Shown here piece by piece: positions 38,525-51,067 of a DNA stretch of 64,000 nt; the first letter of the stretch is position 1, and every line of letters starts with the position of its first letter. Location of the stretch: the NCBI GenBank assembly GCA_002269645.1, contig NIVC01000208.1, positions 310,001-374,000 on the forward strand, written 5' to 3'. Made by a program: the position numbers and the translations under genes. The notes below the pieces were generated by a model that was not told the origin of the DNA, ran no database searches, and saw nothing but the letters and a program-made list of their open reading frames with translations. This stretch comes from Macrostomum lignano. Its lineage: Eukaryota.

Positions 38525-39095
38525 AACTGTGGATCTGGGAGGCTGGCCCAGCAACTGACACTTTGGGAGGCTGGCCCACCAACGAGGATCTGGGAGGCTG
38601 GCCCAGCAACTTAGGATCTGGGAGGCTGGCCCAGCAACTGAGAATCTGGGAGGCTGGCCTAGCAACGAGGATCTGGGAGGCTGGCCTAGCAACGAGGATC
38701 TGGGAGGCTGGCCCAGCAACGAGGATCTGGGAGGCTGGCCCAGCAACTGAGGATCTGGGAGGCTGGCCCAGCAACTGAGGATCTAGGAGGCTGCCCCAGC
38801 AACTGAGAATCTGGGAGGCTGGCCTAGCAACGAGGATCTGGGAGGCTGGCCTAGCAACGAGGATCTAAGAGGCTGGCCCAGCAACTTAGGATCTGGGAGG
38901 CTGGCCCAGCAACTGAGGATCTGGGAGGCTGGCCCAGCAACTGAGGATCTGGGAGGCTGGCCTAGCAACGAGGATCTGGGAGGCTGGCCTAGCAACGAGG
39001 ATCTGGGAGGCTGGCCCAGCAACTTAGGATCTGGGAGGCTGGCCCAGCAACTGAGGATCTGGGAGGCTGGCCCAGCAACTGAGGATCTGGGAGGT
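38525..39095. repeat. Minisatellite family B, array 3
   Basis: Same unit as 30978-31702. Confidence 0.95.
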
Positions 39096-39819
39096 GATGG
39101 CCGAGTCTAATAGCGCACTAAGTGGCCAAAAAATTTCTATATACATATTTTTAACGGTACAGAATATATATTAGCCATACGAAATGAGAAGACATGTACA
39201 CGATTTTAAACTTCACGACAGCTAAACTAAATCTTCAATTTATTTAAGCTTGTGTTTATGAGACAGAAAGTAAATTTGATCAAAAAACATAAAAAGAATA
39301 CCTACAGTAAACGAAAGAAATTCAATCTGAATAAAGCGTTATAACGAATAAATAAAAAACCACGATTATACTTATAGACATATGGAAGGTCAATTTAATT
39401 AGCGACTCGAAATTTTTGAGTATATACAAAATAAAAAACCTAAATCATTCCAGCATAATCTAGATTTGCAGGCTCTGACTGAATATGTTTTCAATAGAGA
39501 TGACCAAGCATTTTCTTAGAAATTGTGTAGTGCCAATTGAGTTGGCGAAACTTGAATAATAGGATTAGTTTCAAAGAGTTTTAAATGTAAATATATGCGT
39601 TTATCATTTCAAAGTTATAAATTTATAGTAGTAATACATGATGACGGTTTCTAATGGAAAAGAAAAAGTAAATGACTTATTACGTTAAAGATGGCTTTGA
39701 AACAGTTATACACAGTTTAACTTTCAGATGACCTATAGTAATCACTCGTCAGTCACATCCGATGTTAACCAACTTGTCTATGGCCCAACCTGGCATACCA
39801 GGTGATGCTTGTCCGCATT

Positions 39820-42667
39820 TTATGGCCTAGTGTTCTGTAGGCCCAGCTCGTCAAGTCTGGAATGTGTAATTAAATAACACCGTTTTGTTAACCATATTTT
39901 GAACTTGAAGCAAACCAAAGTTAACTTACTTTTTCAAAGGGGGGTCAGCTTCCCAGAGGGGGTCAACTGTGACTTCTCGGAGGGGGTCAACTGTGACTTC
40001 TCAGAGGGGGTCAACTGTGACTTCTCAGAGGGGGTCAACTGTGACTTCTCATAGGGGAGGAGGGGGGGTCAATTGTGACTTCTCGGAGGGGGGTCAGCTG
40101 TGACTTCTCATCGGGGGGGTCAACTGTGACTTCTCAGAGGGGGTCAACTGTGACTTCTCAGAGGGGGGTCAACTGTGACTTCTCATAGGGGAGGAGGGGG
40201 TCAATTGTGACTTCTCGGAGGGGGGTCAGCTGTGACTTCTCATCGGGGGGCAACTGTGACTTCTCAGAGGGGTCAACTGTGACTTCTCGGAGGGGTGTCA
40301 ACTGTGACTTCTCAGAGGGGGGTCAACTGTGACTTCTCGGAGAGGGTCAACTGTGACTTCTCAGAGGGGGGTCAACTGTGACTTCTCAGAGGGGGGTCAA
40401 CTGTGACTTCTCAGAGGGGGGTCAACTGTGACTTCTCAGAGGGGGTCAACTGTGACTTCTCAGAGGGGGGTCAACTGTGACTTCTCGGAGAGGGTCAACT
40501 GTGACTTCTCAGAGGGGTCAACTGTGACTTCTCAGAGGGGGTCAACTGTGACTTCTCAGAGGGGGTCAACAGTGACTTCTCAGAGGGGGTCAACTGTGAC
40601 TTCTCAGAGGGGGGTCAACTGTGACGTCTCAGAGGGGGTCAACTGTGACTTCTCGGAGGGGGGTCAACTGTGACTTCTCAGAGGGGGTCAACTGTGACGT
40701 CTCAGAGGGGGTCAACTGTGACTTCTCGGTGGGGTTCAACGGTGACTTCTCAGAGGGGGTCAACTGTGACTTCTCAGAGGGGGGTCAACTGTGACGTCTC
40801 AGAGGGGGTCAACTGTGACTTCTCGAAGGGGGGTCAACTGTGACTTCTCAGAGGGGGTCAACTGTGACTTCTCAGAGGGGCCGGGTCAAATGTGACTTCT
40901 CGGAGGGGGTCAAATGTGACTTCTTGGAGGGGGTCAACTGTGACTTCGCAGAACGGGTCAACTGTGACTTTTTGGATTAGTTACTTCCACTGTGACTTCT
41001 CAAACAGATGGGGGGTCAACTGTGACTTCTCGAAGGGGGTCAACTGTGACTTCTCAGAGGGGGTCAAATGTGACTTCTCAGGGGGGTCAACTGTGACTTC
41101 TCGGTGGGGTCAACTGTGACTTCTCAGAAGAGGTCAACCCGTGTAAAAGTTAACAAGACACCAAAATCCACAGTAAATAAACTTCCTCTAGCAACTTTTG
41201 AACACACCGAAAAAATATTTAGCAACAACCAACTTACTCCTTGAGCAGCTTGGTGTTTCGCTCCATTTCGCCTTGAACTAGGTCAGTAGACAAAATGAGG
41301 TCCCGGATTCTGGACAAACAGAGTAAAAAACAGACATGAACTGATGAGGCTAAAGCAGAAATGTTAATAAAAATTCCAGAATACCGCACTTTATACGTGT
41401 TAGAATAAATTTTATTCAACAGACTTAGAATTGGCACTCACGACTTGCTCAGAGCGGTTAAGTCGCTCTCTTTGCTGGCTTTAGTCGCTTTGAAGTAGGC
41501 GGTTAGGGCTTCAAATATTCCGCGATACACCTGCGGGATGGTTGTTGTGTATTAATTAGATACAGTTGTTAATCTTCGAAGCGTTTCCAACATATATTCT
41601 GTTGTGTCGCTATACTACTACCACTACCCCTTAATTGACTTCTCCCACTCTACCTCTTACTCTACTTCTCCCACTCTACCCCTTACTCTACTTCTCCCAC
41701 TCTACCCCTTACTCTACTTCTCCCACTCTACCCCTTACACTACTTCTTCCACTCTACCCCTTACTCTACTTCTCCCACTTTACCCCTTACTCTACTTCAG
41801 CTCCCACTCTACCCCTCACTCTACTTCTCCCACTCTACCCCTTACTCTACTTCTCCCACTTTACCCCTTACTCTACTTCTCCCACTCTACCCCTTACTCT
41901 ACTTCTCCCACTCTACCCCTTACTCTACTTCTTCCACTCTCTTACTCTACTTCTTACACTCTCTTACTCTACTTCTTCCACTCTCTTACTCTACTTCTCT
42001 CACTTTAGCCCTTACTCTACTTCTCCCACTCTCTTACTCTACTTCTCTCACTTTAGCCCTTACTCTACTTCTCCCACTCTACCCCTTACTCTACTTCTTC
42101 CACTCCACTCCACCCCTTACTCTACTTCTTCCACTCCACCCCTTACTCTACTTCTTCCACTCCACCCCTTACCCGTCACATCAGTTTCCCAGGCACTCAC
42201 ATTATCGTGCAGCATGTCCAAATCGGCCTCCAAATCCTGCGCGGCCAAAGCCGTCTCCAAGCGTTCCAGCTTCTTGACCTCCGCTTGCACGTCCTGCATC
42301 CATTCGGACAGGCCGGCTTGCACGTTGCCAAGCGTTTCTATGCAGCAACGCAGTACGACGTTCTGGCAGTCGTCAAGGCAGCTGTTCAGCAGGTGCTGGT
42401 CCGACTTGAAACAGTGCCGCATCAGGTCTGTTAGCAGCTGCGAATCTTTCTTCCTGCAATTGGAATGGATTTGTTGCAAATGATCTGTATGTTTTTATGT
42501 TACGCACAAACTACTCTACCGATGTAAGTAGAAAAGAAGGGATACTAAAAGTCTGTTTGTCTGTCTGTCTGTCTTAGTGTCTGTGTTAGTGTTAGTGTCT
42601 GTCTTAGTGTCTGTGTTAGTGTCTGCCTGCCTGTCTGTCTGTCTGTCTGTCTGCCTGTCTGCCTGCC

Positions 42668-42710
<43 letters not shown>

Positions 42711-42711
42711 G

Positions 42712-42782
<71 letters not shown>

Positions 42783-42905
42783 GTGTCTGTCTGTCTGTGT
42801 CCGTCTGTCTGTCTGTCTGTCTTAGTGTCTGTGTTAGTGTCTGCCTGTCTGTCTGTCTGCCTATCTGTCTGTCTGTCTGCCTGTCTGTCTGTCTGTCTGC
42901 CTGCC

Positions 42906-42942
<37 letters not shown>

Positions 42943-43023
42943 GCCTGTCTGTCTGTCTGCCTGTCTGTCTGCCTGTCTGTCTGCCTGTCTGCCTGTCTGC
43001 CTGTCTGTCTGTGTGTCTGCCTA

Positions 43024-43096
<73 letters not shown>

Positions 43097-43153
43097 GTGT
43101 CTGCCTATCTGTCTGTCTGTCTGTCTGTCTGTCTGCCTGTCTGCCTGTCTGCC

Positions 43154-43233
<80 letters not shown>

Positions 43234-46200
43234 AACACAGACCAGCTCTGAGCGCCGGCAGTGCTCACATAAACTTGTTAATCATCTGGCCGTAGCGCTC
43301 GTAGACCTGCTCAACCCGATGAAAGTCGGCACTGAGACACTCGGCCCCCTGCTTGGGCGCCAACAGTCTGGCAAAGATGCCGTTGAAATTGCTGGCCAGC
43401 TGCAGCGACGGCACCAAAGACGATTGCTCGTTGGACATGCCGGCAAGAGCGGAGCCGCTATTAGAAGCAGCATCGGGTTTCAGATTTGACTGCTGGGACA
43501 CCACAGTTTCCAATTTGCGCTGCCATTGACTGATTTTCTCCGACAGCTCCTGCAAATTATTGCGAGGTTTAAAAATGAGGAATCGAACTCTTTGGAAAGC
43601 CGATAGGTGCTCCGAAAATTTATGGGATAGAAAATAGAGACGGATTTAATATTTAAAATATGGGATAGATGATTAAAGGAATGTGATTAACTCGATCTAG
43701 GAATCGCTGAGGATTTGGAGAGAATTAGATCTGACTAGGAACTATTGATGATTAGGGATGAGTCAGGGATAATTGAAGATTAAGGATGGGATAAGGGATA
43801 ATTGAGGATTAGAGATGGGTTAGGGATAATTGAAGATTAGGGATGGGATAAGGGATAATTGAGGATTAGAGATGGGTTAGGGATAATTGAATATTAGGGA
43901 ATGGGATGAGGGAGCAGTGAGGATTAGGGAATGGGATGAGGGATCATTGAGGATTAGGGAATGGGATGAGGGAGCAGTGAGGATTAGGGAATGGGATGAG
44001 GGAGCAGTGAGGATTAGGGAATGGGATCAAATGTGCATGTGAATCAGGGGATTAGGGAATTTGATTAATCCAGAGATTTGGTTAGAAGATTTGAGAATAT
44101 TAATAGTATGGTAAGAGTTTTAAGCTGAATTAAGGGATTAGAGAAATAACTAAATAATAATCCAGCAGTAAAGAACTCTCACCTGACAGCCAGTCTGAGT
44201 TCGAACCAGCTGGGCCAGCTCCATCAGTCTGCCAACCTTCTGCTCAGAGCTGCTCACAACCGCCAGCTTCGCTCGCACTCTTTGATAGGCCTCTCGTCCG
44301 CGGCGATCCATGAGGCACAGGGCGGCGTCCTTGGCTTCCAGGGTGAGCGCGTGATTTACGTGGCAGACCGAGGCCAGCTGACGGCAAACCAGAGCGTGGC
44401 GATGGGCCTCGTCAACGAAATCCTTGATCTCCTTCGGCTGGTTGGGATCCGGTACGCGGGGACGGGATTTCACGTGGCCTGTTGGGAAGAGGGAATATTA
44501 TTACTATCAAATGCGAATAAGCAATAAGATTTCTACTAAAACATAGAGTGATAAGATATGGGATCTCTACTGAAATAGATGGGATCTCTACTGAAAGAGA
44601 TGGGATCTCTCTACTGAAAGAGATGGGATCTCTCTACTGAAATAGATGGGATCTCTACTGAAAGAGACAAGATCTCTACTGAAAGAGATGGGATCTCCAC
44701 TGAAAGGGATGGGATCTCTACTGCAATATCTGTTTCCATCCAGACATTAAATAACTTACCAACATCGAACTTGCCAATGTCCAGCGTACAGCTAAACTGC
44801 TGCTTGGACAGCACAATAACGGGACTCGTCAGCGTAGATCCGGTTGGAAATGCCGACACCTCCTGAGATCGATAGAACACGACAATCTCCTCCTTGGGGA
44901 AGCTGGTGACTGAGGCCAGGCTTGTCAGAAGGGAGTCCAGGCTTCTGCGCATTTGTATTAGTTTTTTTTATTATCGGGTAATTAAAATTTAAATCTGGTT
45001 TAGATAGATACACTCGGATGGGAAGCTATAAGATAGATAAGATAGATTAGGCTGAGATAGAAGTATACAGATTAGGGCTGAGATAGAAGTAGACAGATCA
45101 AAGCTGAGATAGAAGTATACAGATTAGGGCTGAGATAGAAGTAGACAGATTAAGGCTGAGATAGAAGTAGACAGATTAAGGCTGAGATAGAAGTAGACAG
45201 ATTAGGGCTGAGATAGAAGTAGACAGATCAAAGCTGAGATAGAAGTAGACAGATCAAAGCTGAGATAGAAGTATACAGATTAGGGCTGAGATAGAAGTAG
45301 ACAGATTAAGGCTGAGATAGAAGTAGACAGATTAGGGCTGAGATAGAAGTAGACAGATTAGGGCTGAGATAGAAGTAGACAGATTAAGGCTGAGATAGAA
45401 GACAGATTAAGGCTGAGAAAAAGAGACGAAAAGACGGAGTCTCAACAAAGTCCAACTCACTGCTTCTGCGAGAAGACCAAATCGGGCATAATCATATTGC
45501 CGGCAACAAAATAATAAGTACAATGCTGACATTTGTACCAATTAACGGTCTCGAAGAACTTTGGAAATGTCCACTGCTCGTTGAAATTAGACACTAGTAT
45601 GCCTTGCAGCAGTTCAACTAGAAGTTTCTGTAGCGTCACCGACAGCGGACAGGTTGGCGGCAGGCTGTTGTGATAATTAATTGGACCATTCAAAGTGTCC
45701 TGAGTAGCCCAGATCGCATGCGGCGGTTTCTTCACCATCATGTCAATCATCTGGGCGTGGTTGCTTCGAACGCCTTCGAAAGGAGCGAATGGCAGGCGGC
45801 CGGTAGCGGCCATGAACAAACTGACGCCTAGGGACCAGAGATCGCACTCCGGCTTGTGACCGCCTCTGGCGCCGCCGCCCATGCCAGCGTGCATTCGCTG
45901 GTGCACCTCCAGATAGATGCTGGGATGCAGGAACTCGTAGGTGCCAACTAGGCTTTGAAAATCTGCACCATCTTCGAGTTCGCGGCTGGAGCCGAAGTCG
46001 GCCAGCTTGAATACGGGCTGACGGCGGTTGTCGTAGCTGATCATGATGTTGCCTTGGTGACCATTGGGGTGCCGGGTTGGCTTGGATATTGCTCATCGCG
46101 ATATAGGCTCAGCTTAGATTAGGTTCAAATTGGGCTCAGGCTAGGGTTCAGGTTGGGTTCGGGTCGGGTTCAGGTTTGGGTTCAGGTTTGGGTTCAGGTT

Positions 46201-49098
46201 TGGGTTCAGGTTGGATTCAGGTTTGAATTCAGGTTTGGATTCAGGTTTTGGTTCAGGTTGAGTTCGGGTCGGTTTCAGGTTAAATTTAAATTGGGTTTAG
46301 GTTGAGTTCAGGTTGGGTTCAGGTTGGGTTCAGGTCGGGTTCGGGTCGGGTTCGGGTCGGGTTCAGGTTGGATTTAGGTTTGAATTCAGATTTGGGTTCA
46401 GGTTTGGATTCAGGTTTGAATTCAGATTTGGGTTCAGGTTGGGCTCAGGTTAAATTCAAATTAGGTTCAGGTTGGATTCAGTTTAGGTTCAGTTTGGGTT
46501 CAGGTTGGATTAAGTTTGGGCTCAGGTTAAGTTCAGGTTGGGTTCAGGTTGAATTCAGGTTTGGGTTCAGGTTTGGGTTCAGGTCTGGGTTCAGGTTTGG
46601 GTTCAGGTTTGGGTTCAGGTTTGGATTCAGGTTTGGGTTCAGGTTTGGGTTCAGGTTTGGGTTCAGGTTTGGGTTCAGGTTTGGGTTCAGGTTTGGGTTC
46701 AGGTTTGGGTTCAGGTTTGGGTTCAGGTTTGAGTTCAGGTTTGGGTTCAGGTTTGGGTTCAGGTTTGGGTTCAGGTTTGAGTTCAGGTTTGGATTCAGGT
46801 TTGGGTTCAGGTTTGGGTTCAGGTTTGGGTTCAGGTTTGGGTTCAGGTTTGGGCTCGGGTTGTATAACGGTTACTTTGTCTTCTTGTACAAAGATCAAAT
46901 ACAATGAATAACAAATCATAAACATAATTAATACAGTTGCCATACCTGGCTTAATATCGCGATGAACAATCTTGAGCTGTTCGCGAAGATAGGCCAACCC
47001 GTCGCCTACAGAAAAAAAGGGAACAATAAACGTCTGAATTAAAGTAATTATTTATTCATCTTTACTACAGACTAATATAGTAGCACTTACACATGTTGTA
47101 CAACAGAGAAAGAAAATCTCTGTCGTGCATGCCTAATTTGTTGTCTGGCTTTTTCAAATACTCGTGCAAACTGTTGCCACAGCAGTACTCCAGTATTAGA
47201 CCGGTTTTGTCTACTCTCATGTTGTCCTGAAAATTTTTGCAGTTTGTAAGGAAGGGTAAAGACTCTTTGTTCCAAGCAGTCTTGGTCGTCATAGATTTTA
47301 TGGGGGGGGGCAAAGCCAAGAATTGTACATTACTAATCCCTATTTTATTTTGAGAATCAGTACTGCCGGCACTTATTTTGGCGCCACTGGCAGGCACTTA
47401 TTTTGGCGCCACAGACAGACACTCATTTTGGCGCCACAGGCAGGCACTTATTTTGGCGCCACAGACAGACACTCATTTTGGCGCCACAGACAGACACTCA
47501 TTTTGGCGCCACAGACAGACACTCATTTTGGCGCCACAGACAGACACTCATTTTGGCGCCACAGGCAGGCACTTATTTTGGCGCCACAGACAGACACTCA
47601 TTTTGGCGCCACAGACAGACACTCATTTTGGCGCCACAGACAGACACTCATTTTGGCGCCACAGACAGACACTCATTTTGGCGCCACAGACAGACACTCA
47701 TTTTGGCGCCACAGACAGACACTCATTTTGGCGCCACAGACAGACACTCATTTTGGCGCCACAGACAGACACTCATTTTGGCGCCACAGACAGGCACTTA
47801 TTTTGGCGCCACTGGCAGGCACTTATTTTGGCGCCACAGACAGACACTCATTTTGGCGCCACAGGCAGGCACTTATTTTGGCGCCACAGACAGACACTCA
47901 TTTTGGCGCCACAGACAGACACTCATTTTGGCGCCACAGACAGACACTCATTTTGGCGCCACAGACAGACACTCATTTTGGCGCCACAGACAGACACTCA
48001 TTTTGGCGCCACAGACAGACACTCATTTTGGCGCCACAGACAGACACTCATTTTGGCGCCACAGACAGACACTCATTTTGGCGCCACAGACAGGCACTTA
48101 TTTTGGCGCCACTGGCAGGCACTTATTTTGGCGCCACAGACAGACACTCATTTTGGCGCCACAGACAGGCACTTATTTTGGCGCCACTGGCAGGCACTTA
48201 TTTTGGCGCCACAGACAGACACTCATTTTGGCGCCACAGACAGGCACTTATTTTGGCGCCACAGACAGACACTCATTTTGGTGCCACAGACAGACACTCA
48301 TTTTTGCGCCACAGAAAGTCACTCATTTTGGCGCCACATACAGAAGCTCATTTTGGCGCCACAGACAGAAGCTCATTTTGGCGCCGCAGGCACTCATTTT
48401 GGCACCACGGGGACTTATTTTAGCGCCGCAGGCACTCATTTTGGCGCCACGGGGACTTATTTTGGCGCCGCAGGTACTCATTTTAGCGCCACAGGCACTC
48501 ATTTTGGCGACACAGACAGACACTCATTTAGGCGCCACACAGGCACTCATTTTGGCGCCACAGGCACTCATTTTGGCGCCACAGGCACTCATTTTGGCGC
48601 CACAGACAGAAGCTCATTTAGGCGCCACACAGGCACTCATTTTGGCGCCACAGGCACTCATTTTGGCGCCACGGGCACCTTTTTTGGCGCTGCAGGCACT
48701 CATTTTGGCGCCGCAGACAGACAATCTATGTCCAAAGGTCCTAGGTTCGAACTCTACTATCAACGCACCTGAAACTGGACTCCAGTAATTAGTCGCACAA
48801 TATTCTCGTGCTTTAATTTCTTCAACAGTTCCACTTCTCGCCGTGGCGGTGTACCTTTGAACACTTTCACAGCGTAAAAGTCGCCAGTATGGATGTCCCG
48901 ACAACGATAAACCGAGGATGTGACTCCATCAGCTAAATAGTCCAAGTCCGGGCACCAGGTGTAATTGCCAGCCACAACCAGGTTGTAGGCGCCTCGTCGA
49001 GGACTGGATTGAGCAGCGGCGGTTGCCGCAGCCGCCGCCGCAGCCGCATTAGCTCGTGACATTGCTGCTGGCCCAACTCCAACACTTCGAGCATCCAT
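39820..49098 (-). CDS. TBK1: TBK1/IKK-epsilon-like Ser/Thr kinase (kinase domain, ubiquitin-like domain, helical scaffold), ~776 aa. Exons: 49098-48769, 47226-47091, 47005-46946, 46052-45461, 44944-44760, 44478-44183, 43549-43269, 42453-42201, 41530-41442, 41309-41238, 39856-39820
   Basis: Contains [91 protein letters not shown] and WTFPKFF, all matching the TBK1/IKKe subfamily. Phases are consistent across 10 introns (0,1,1,2,1,0,2,0,2,2). The last exon is less certain: without splicing at 41237 the frame stops at TAA 41234-41236. TBK1 versus IKBKE orthology cannot be resolved by eye. Confidence 0.85.
39940..41130. repeat. Minisatellite, 22-24-bp GGGGGTCAACTGTGACTTCTCAGA (kinase intron 10)
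   Basis: Tandem copies with variable G-run length. Confidence 0.96.
41640..42172. repeat. Minisatellite, 26-bp CTCTACTTCTCCCACTCTACCCCTTA (kinase intron 8)
   Basis: Tandem pyrimidine-rich copies. Confidence 0.93.
42555..43233. repeat. (TCTG)n microsatellite with variant units (kinase intron 7)
   Basis: Visible. Confidence 0.97.
43750..44030. repeat. ~30-bp purine-rich minisatellite GGGATGAGGGAGCAGTGAGGATTAGGGAAT (kinase intron 6)
   Basis: Tandem degenerate copies. Confidence 0.85.
44555..44725. repeat. ~21-bp minisatellite GGGATCTCTACTGAAAGAGAT (kinase intron 5)
   Basis: Tandem copies. Confidence 0.88.
45035..45420. repeat. Minisatellite, 26-bp ATTAGGGCTGAGATAGAAGTAGACAG (kinase intron 4)
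   Basis: Tandem copies. Confidence 0.95.
46120..46860. repeat. 12-bp minisatellite GGTTCAGGTTTG (kinase intron 3)
   Basis: Tandem copies; reads PEPK on the minus strand. Confidence 0.95.
47370..48720. repeat. Minisatellite, 25-bp TTTTGGCGCCACAGACAGACACTCA (kinase intron 1)
   Basis: About 50 copies; explains the 366-464-aa repetitive ORFs. Confidence 0.97.
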
Positions 49099-50159
49099 AA
49101 AGGCGTAAAGCGAGCGACTATAGGAGACACGATTTATACTGAATAGACCGGACTGTACACTTCCAAGCTGTCTGTATCTTTCTCTTCTATTTGGTACCTT
49201 ATTACGAGCAGAGGCAAGACTTGCGCTTGTGTACGCGTATTACATTGCAGAAAGCAGAGAACATAAAATAGTATATCCTCCTTATAGAAAGCATGCAAGA
49301 AGAGAAAAAACGAGTACATAGGCAACACGTTTTAAATACGTTTGTATATTTTGTTTTTTTTGGTTGAGGCTAGAGGCTAGAGACAGAATTGAGGGTGTTA
49401 TGAATGGTTAAGGGCTAATTTTCGATCGTTTTCCACCCCTCGCAAGCCCCCGTGATAGCATTATGTCTATTTTTAGAATCATTGCACACAGGAGAGAGAG
49501 AGGAGAGGGGGAGAGAAGTGCAAAGTTGAGTGTACACCAATGTACATTTGAGACTGCAGTACACTGCACTGCAATACTAAGAGGACCTAAAAAACTTTTC
49601 CATACACACAAAATCCTATTGATGAAAAACATTTACCAAATTAATTAATCATTACAATTGAAATTGTAGTTTATAAAAACGAATTTATTTATTAGTGAAA
49701 ATTAATTACTACACGTATATATTACTGATATAACATACATAATACAGTAAATACAATATAAAATGTATAATTTTAAATTGTAATAAGAATTAAAGAACAG
49801 TGGGGTAAAAATTGAAATGCTTTCATTACTTGCACTACTACTTTTAGTAAACAACCATATTGATTGAATTGAAAATGCAGACAAAAATATGATTTTTTAT
49901 TAATTAAAGCTATGATTTACATTTTTTAATAAGTAGTTAAGTTTAACGAGTAAAAAGTTGGTAGAAAAATAATGCATTAATTATTTTATTAGTTTAAAAA
50001 AAGCCACTTGACATAAAATTTGTGCGAATTGCACTTTTACTAATATAGTATAAGTTTTAAATATAAAGTTTGATAGTGCAATAAAAATTGAATGAACCTT
50101 AGTTAGACTTGCCTAGCAACTCGCAGGTCTGACTGTCTTTTAGTGTCTGCTTCTTAGTG

Positions 50160-50815
50160 CATTATATCCTTAGTCTATTAGCTTTTTAGTCTATTAGCTT
50201 CTTAGTCTATTAGCTTCTTAGTCTATTAGTTTTTTAGTCTATCAGCTTCTTAGTCTATTAGCTTCTTAGTCTATTAGCTTTTTAGTCTATCAGCTTCTTA
50301 GTGTATTAGCTTCTTAGTGTATTAGCTTCTTAGTGTATTAGTCTCTTAATAAATTAGCTTCTTAGTCTATTAGCTTCTTAGTGCATTAGCTTCTTATTGC
50401 ATTAGCTTCTTAGTGTATTAGTATCTTAATAAATTAGCGTCTTAGTCTATTAGCTTCTTAGTCTATTAGCTTCTTAGTGTATTAGTCTCTTAATAAATTA
50501 GCTTCTTAGTCTATTAGCTTCTAAGTGTATTAGCTTCTTAGTCTCTTAATAAATTAGCTTCTTAGTCTATTAGCTTCTTAGTGCATTAGCTTCTTAGTGT
50601 ATTAGTCTCTTAATAAATTAGCTTCTTAGTCTATTAGCTTCTAAGTGTATTAGCTTCTTAGTCTCTTAATAAATTAGCTTCTTAGTCTATTAGCTTCTTA
50701 GTGTATTAGCTTCTTAGTCTCTTAATAAATTAGCTTCTTAGTCTATTAGCTTCTTAGTGCATTAGGTTCTTAGTACATTAGCTTCTTAGTACATTAACTT
50801 TTATACATTAGCCTT
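50160..50815. repeat. 16-bp minisatellite TATTAGCTTCTTAGTC, between POLA1 and the kinase
   Basis: Tandem copies. Confidence 0.93.
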
Positions 50816-51067
50816 GATTTTAGTGCCTTAGCTAATTAGTCTCTAAGTCTATCTGATGCCCTCTAGTATTTACCTGTCTACCTTAACGTCCTGGTGTCTT
50901 AAAGAACTTCAATTCTGTATCTATCAATCAATCTTATCTATCCACTAAAGTACAGGCAGCAGACAAAGCTTCATCATGGCAAAATCAAGTCCCCCATGCA
51001 GGAAATAAACACAATTAGCCATGGTAACACCCTCTAGCCAGCTAACAGGATTTGTTAGACTTTTCAA

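Noticed and set aside
26985-41130. Regular repeats that might look like CRISPR arrays
   Set aside because: Units are head-to-tail with no unique spacers, there are no cas genes, and the context is eukaryotic.
42173-42200. Alternative kinase donor G|GTAAGG at 42172
   Set aside because: It gives phase 1 and a stop within the next exon; the AAT|GTGAGT donor at 42200 keeps the frame open.
47323-48788. Three overlapping 366-464-aa ORFs
   Set aside because: A 25-bp satellite without stop codons, lying antisense in kinase intron 1.
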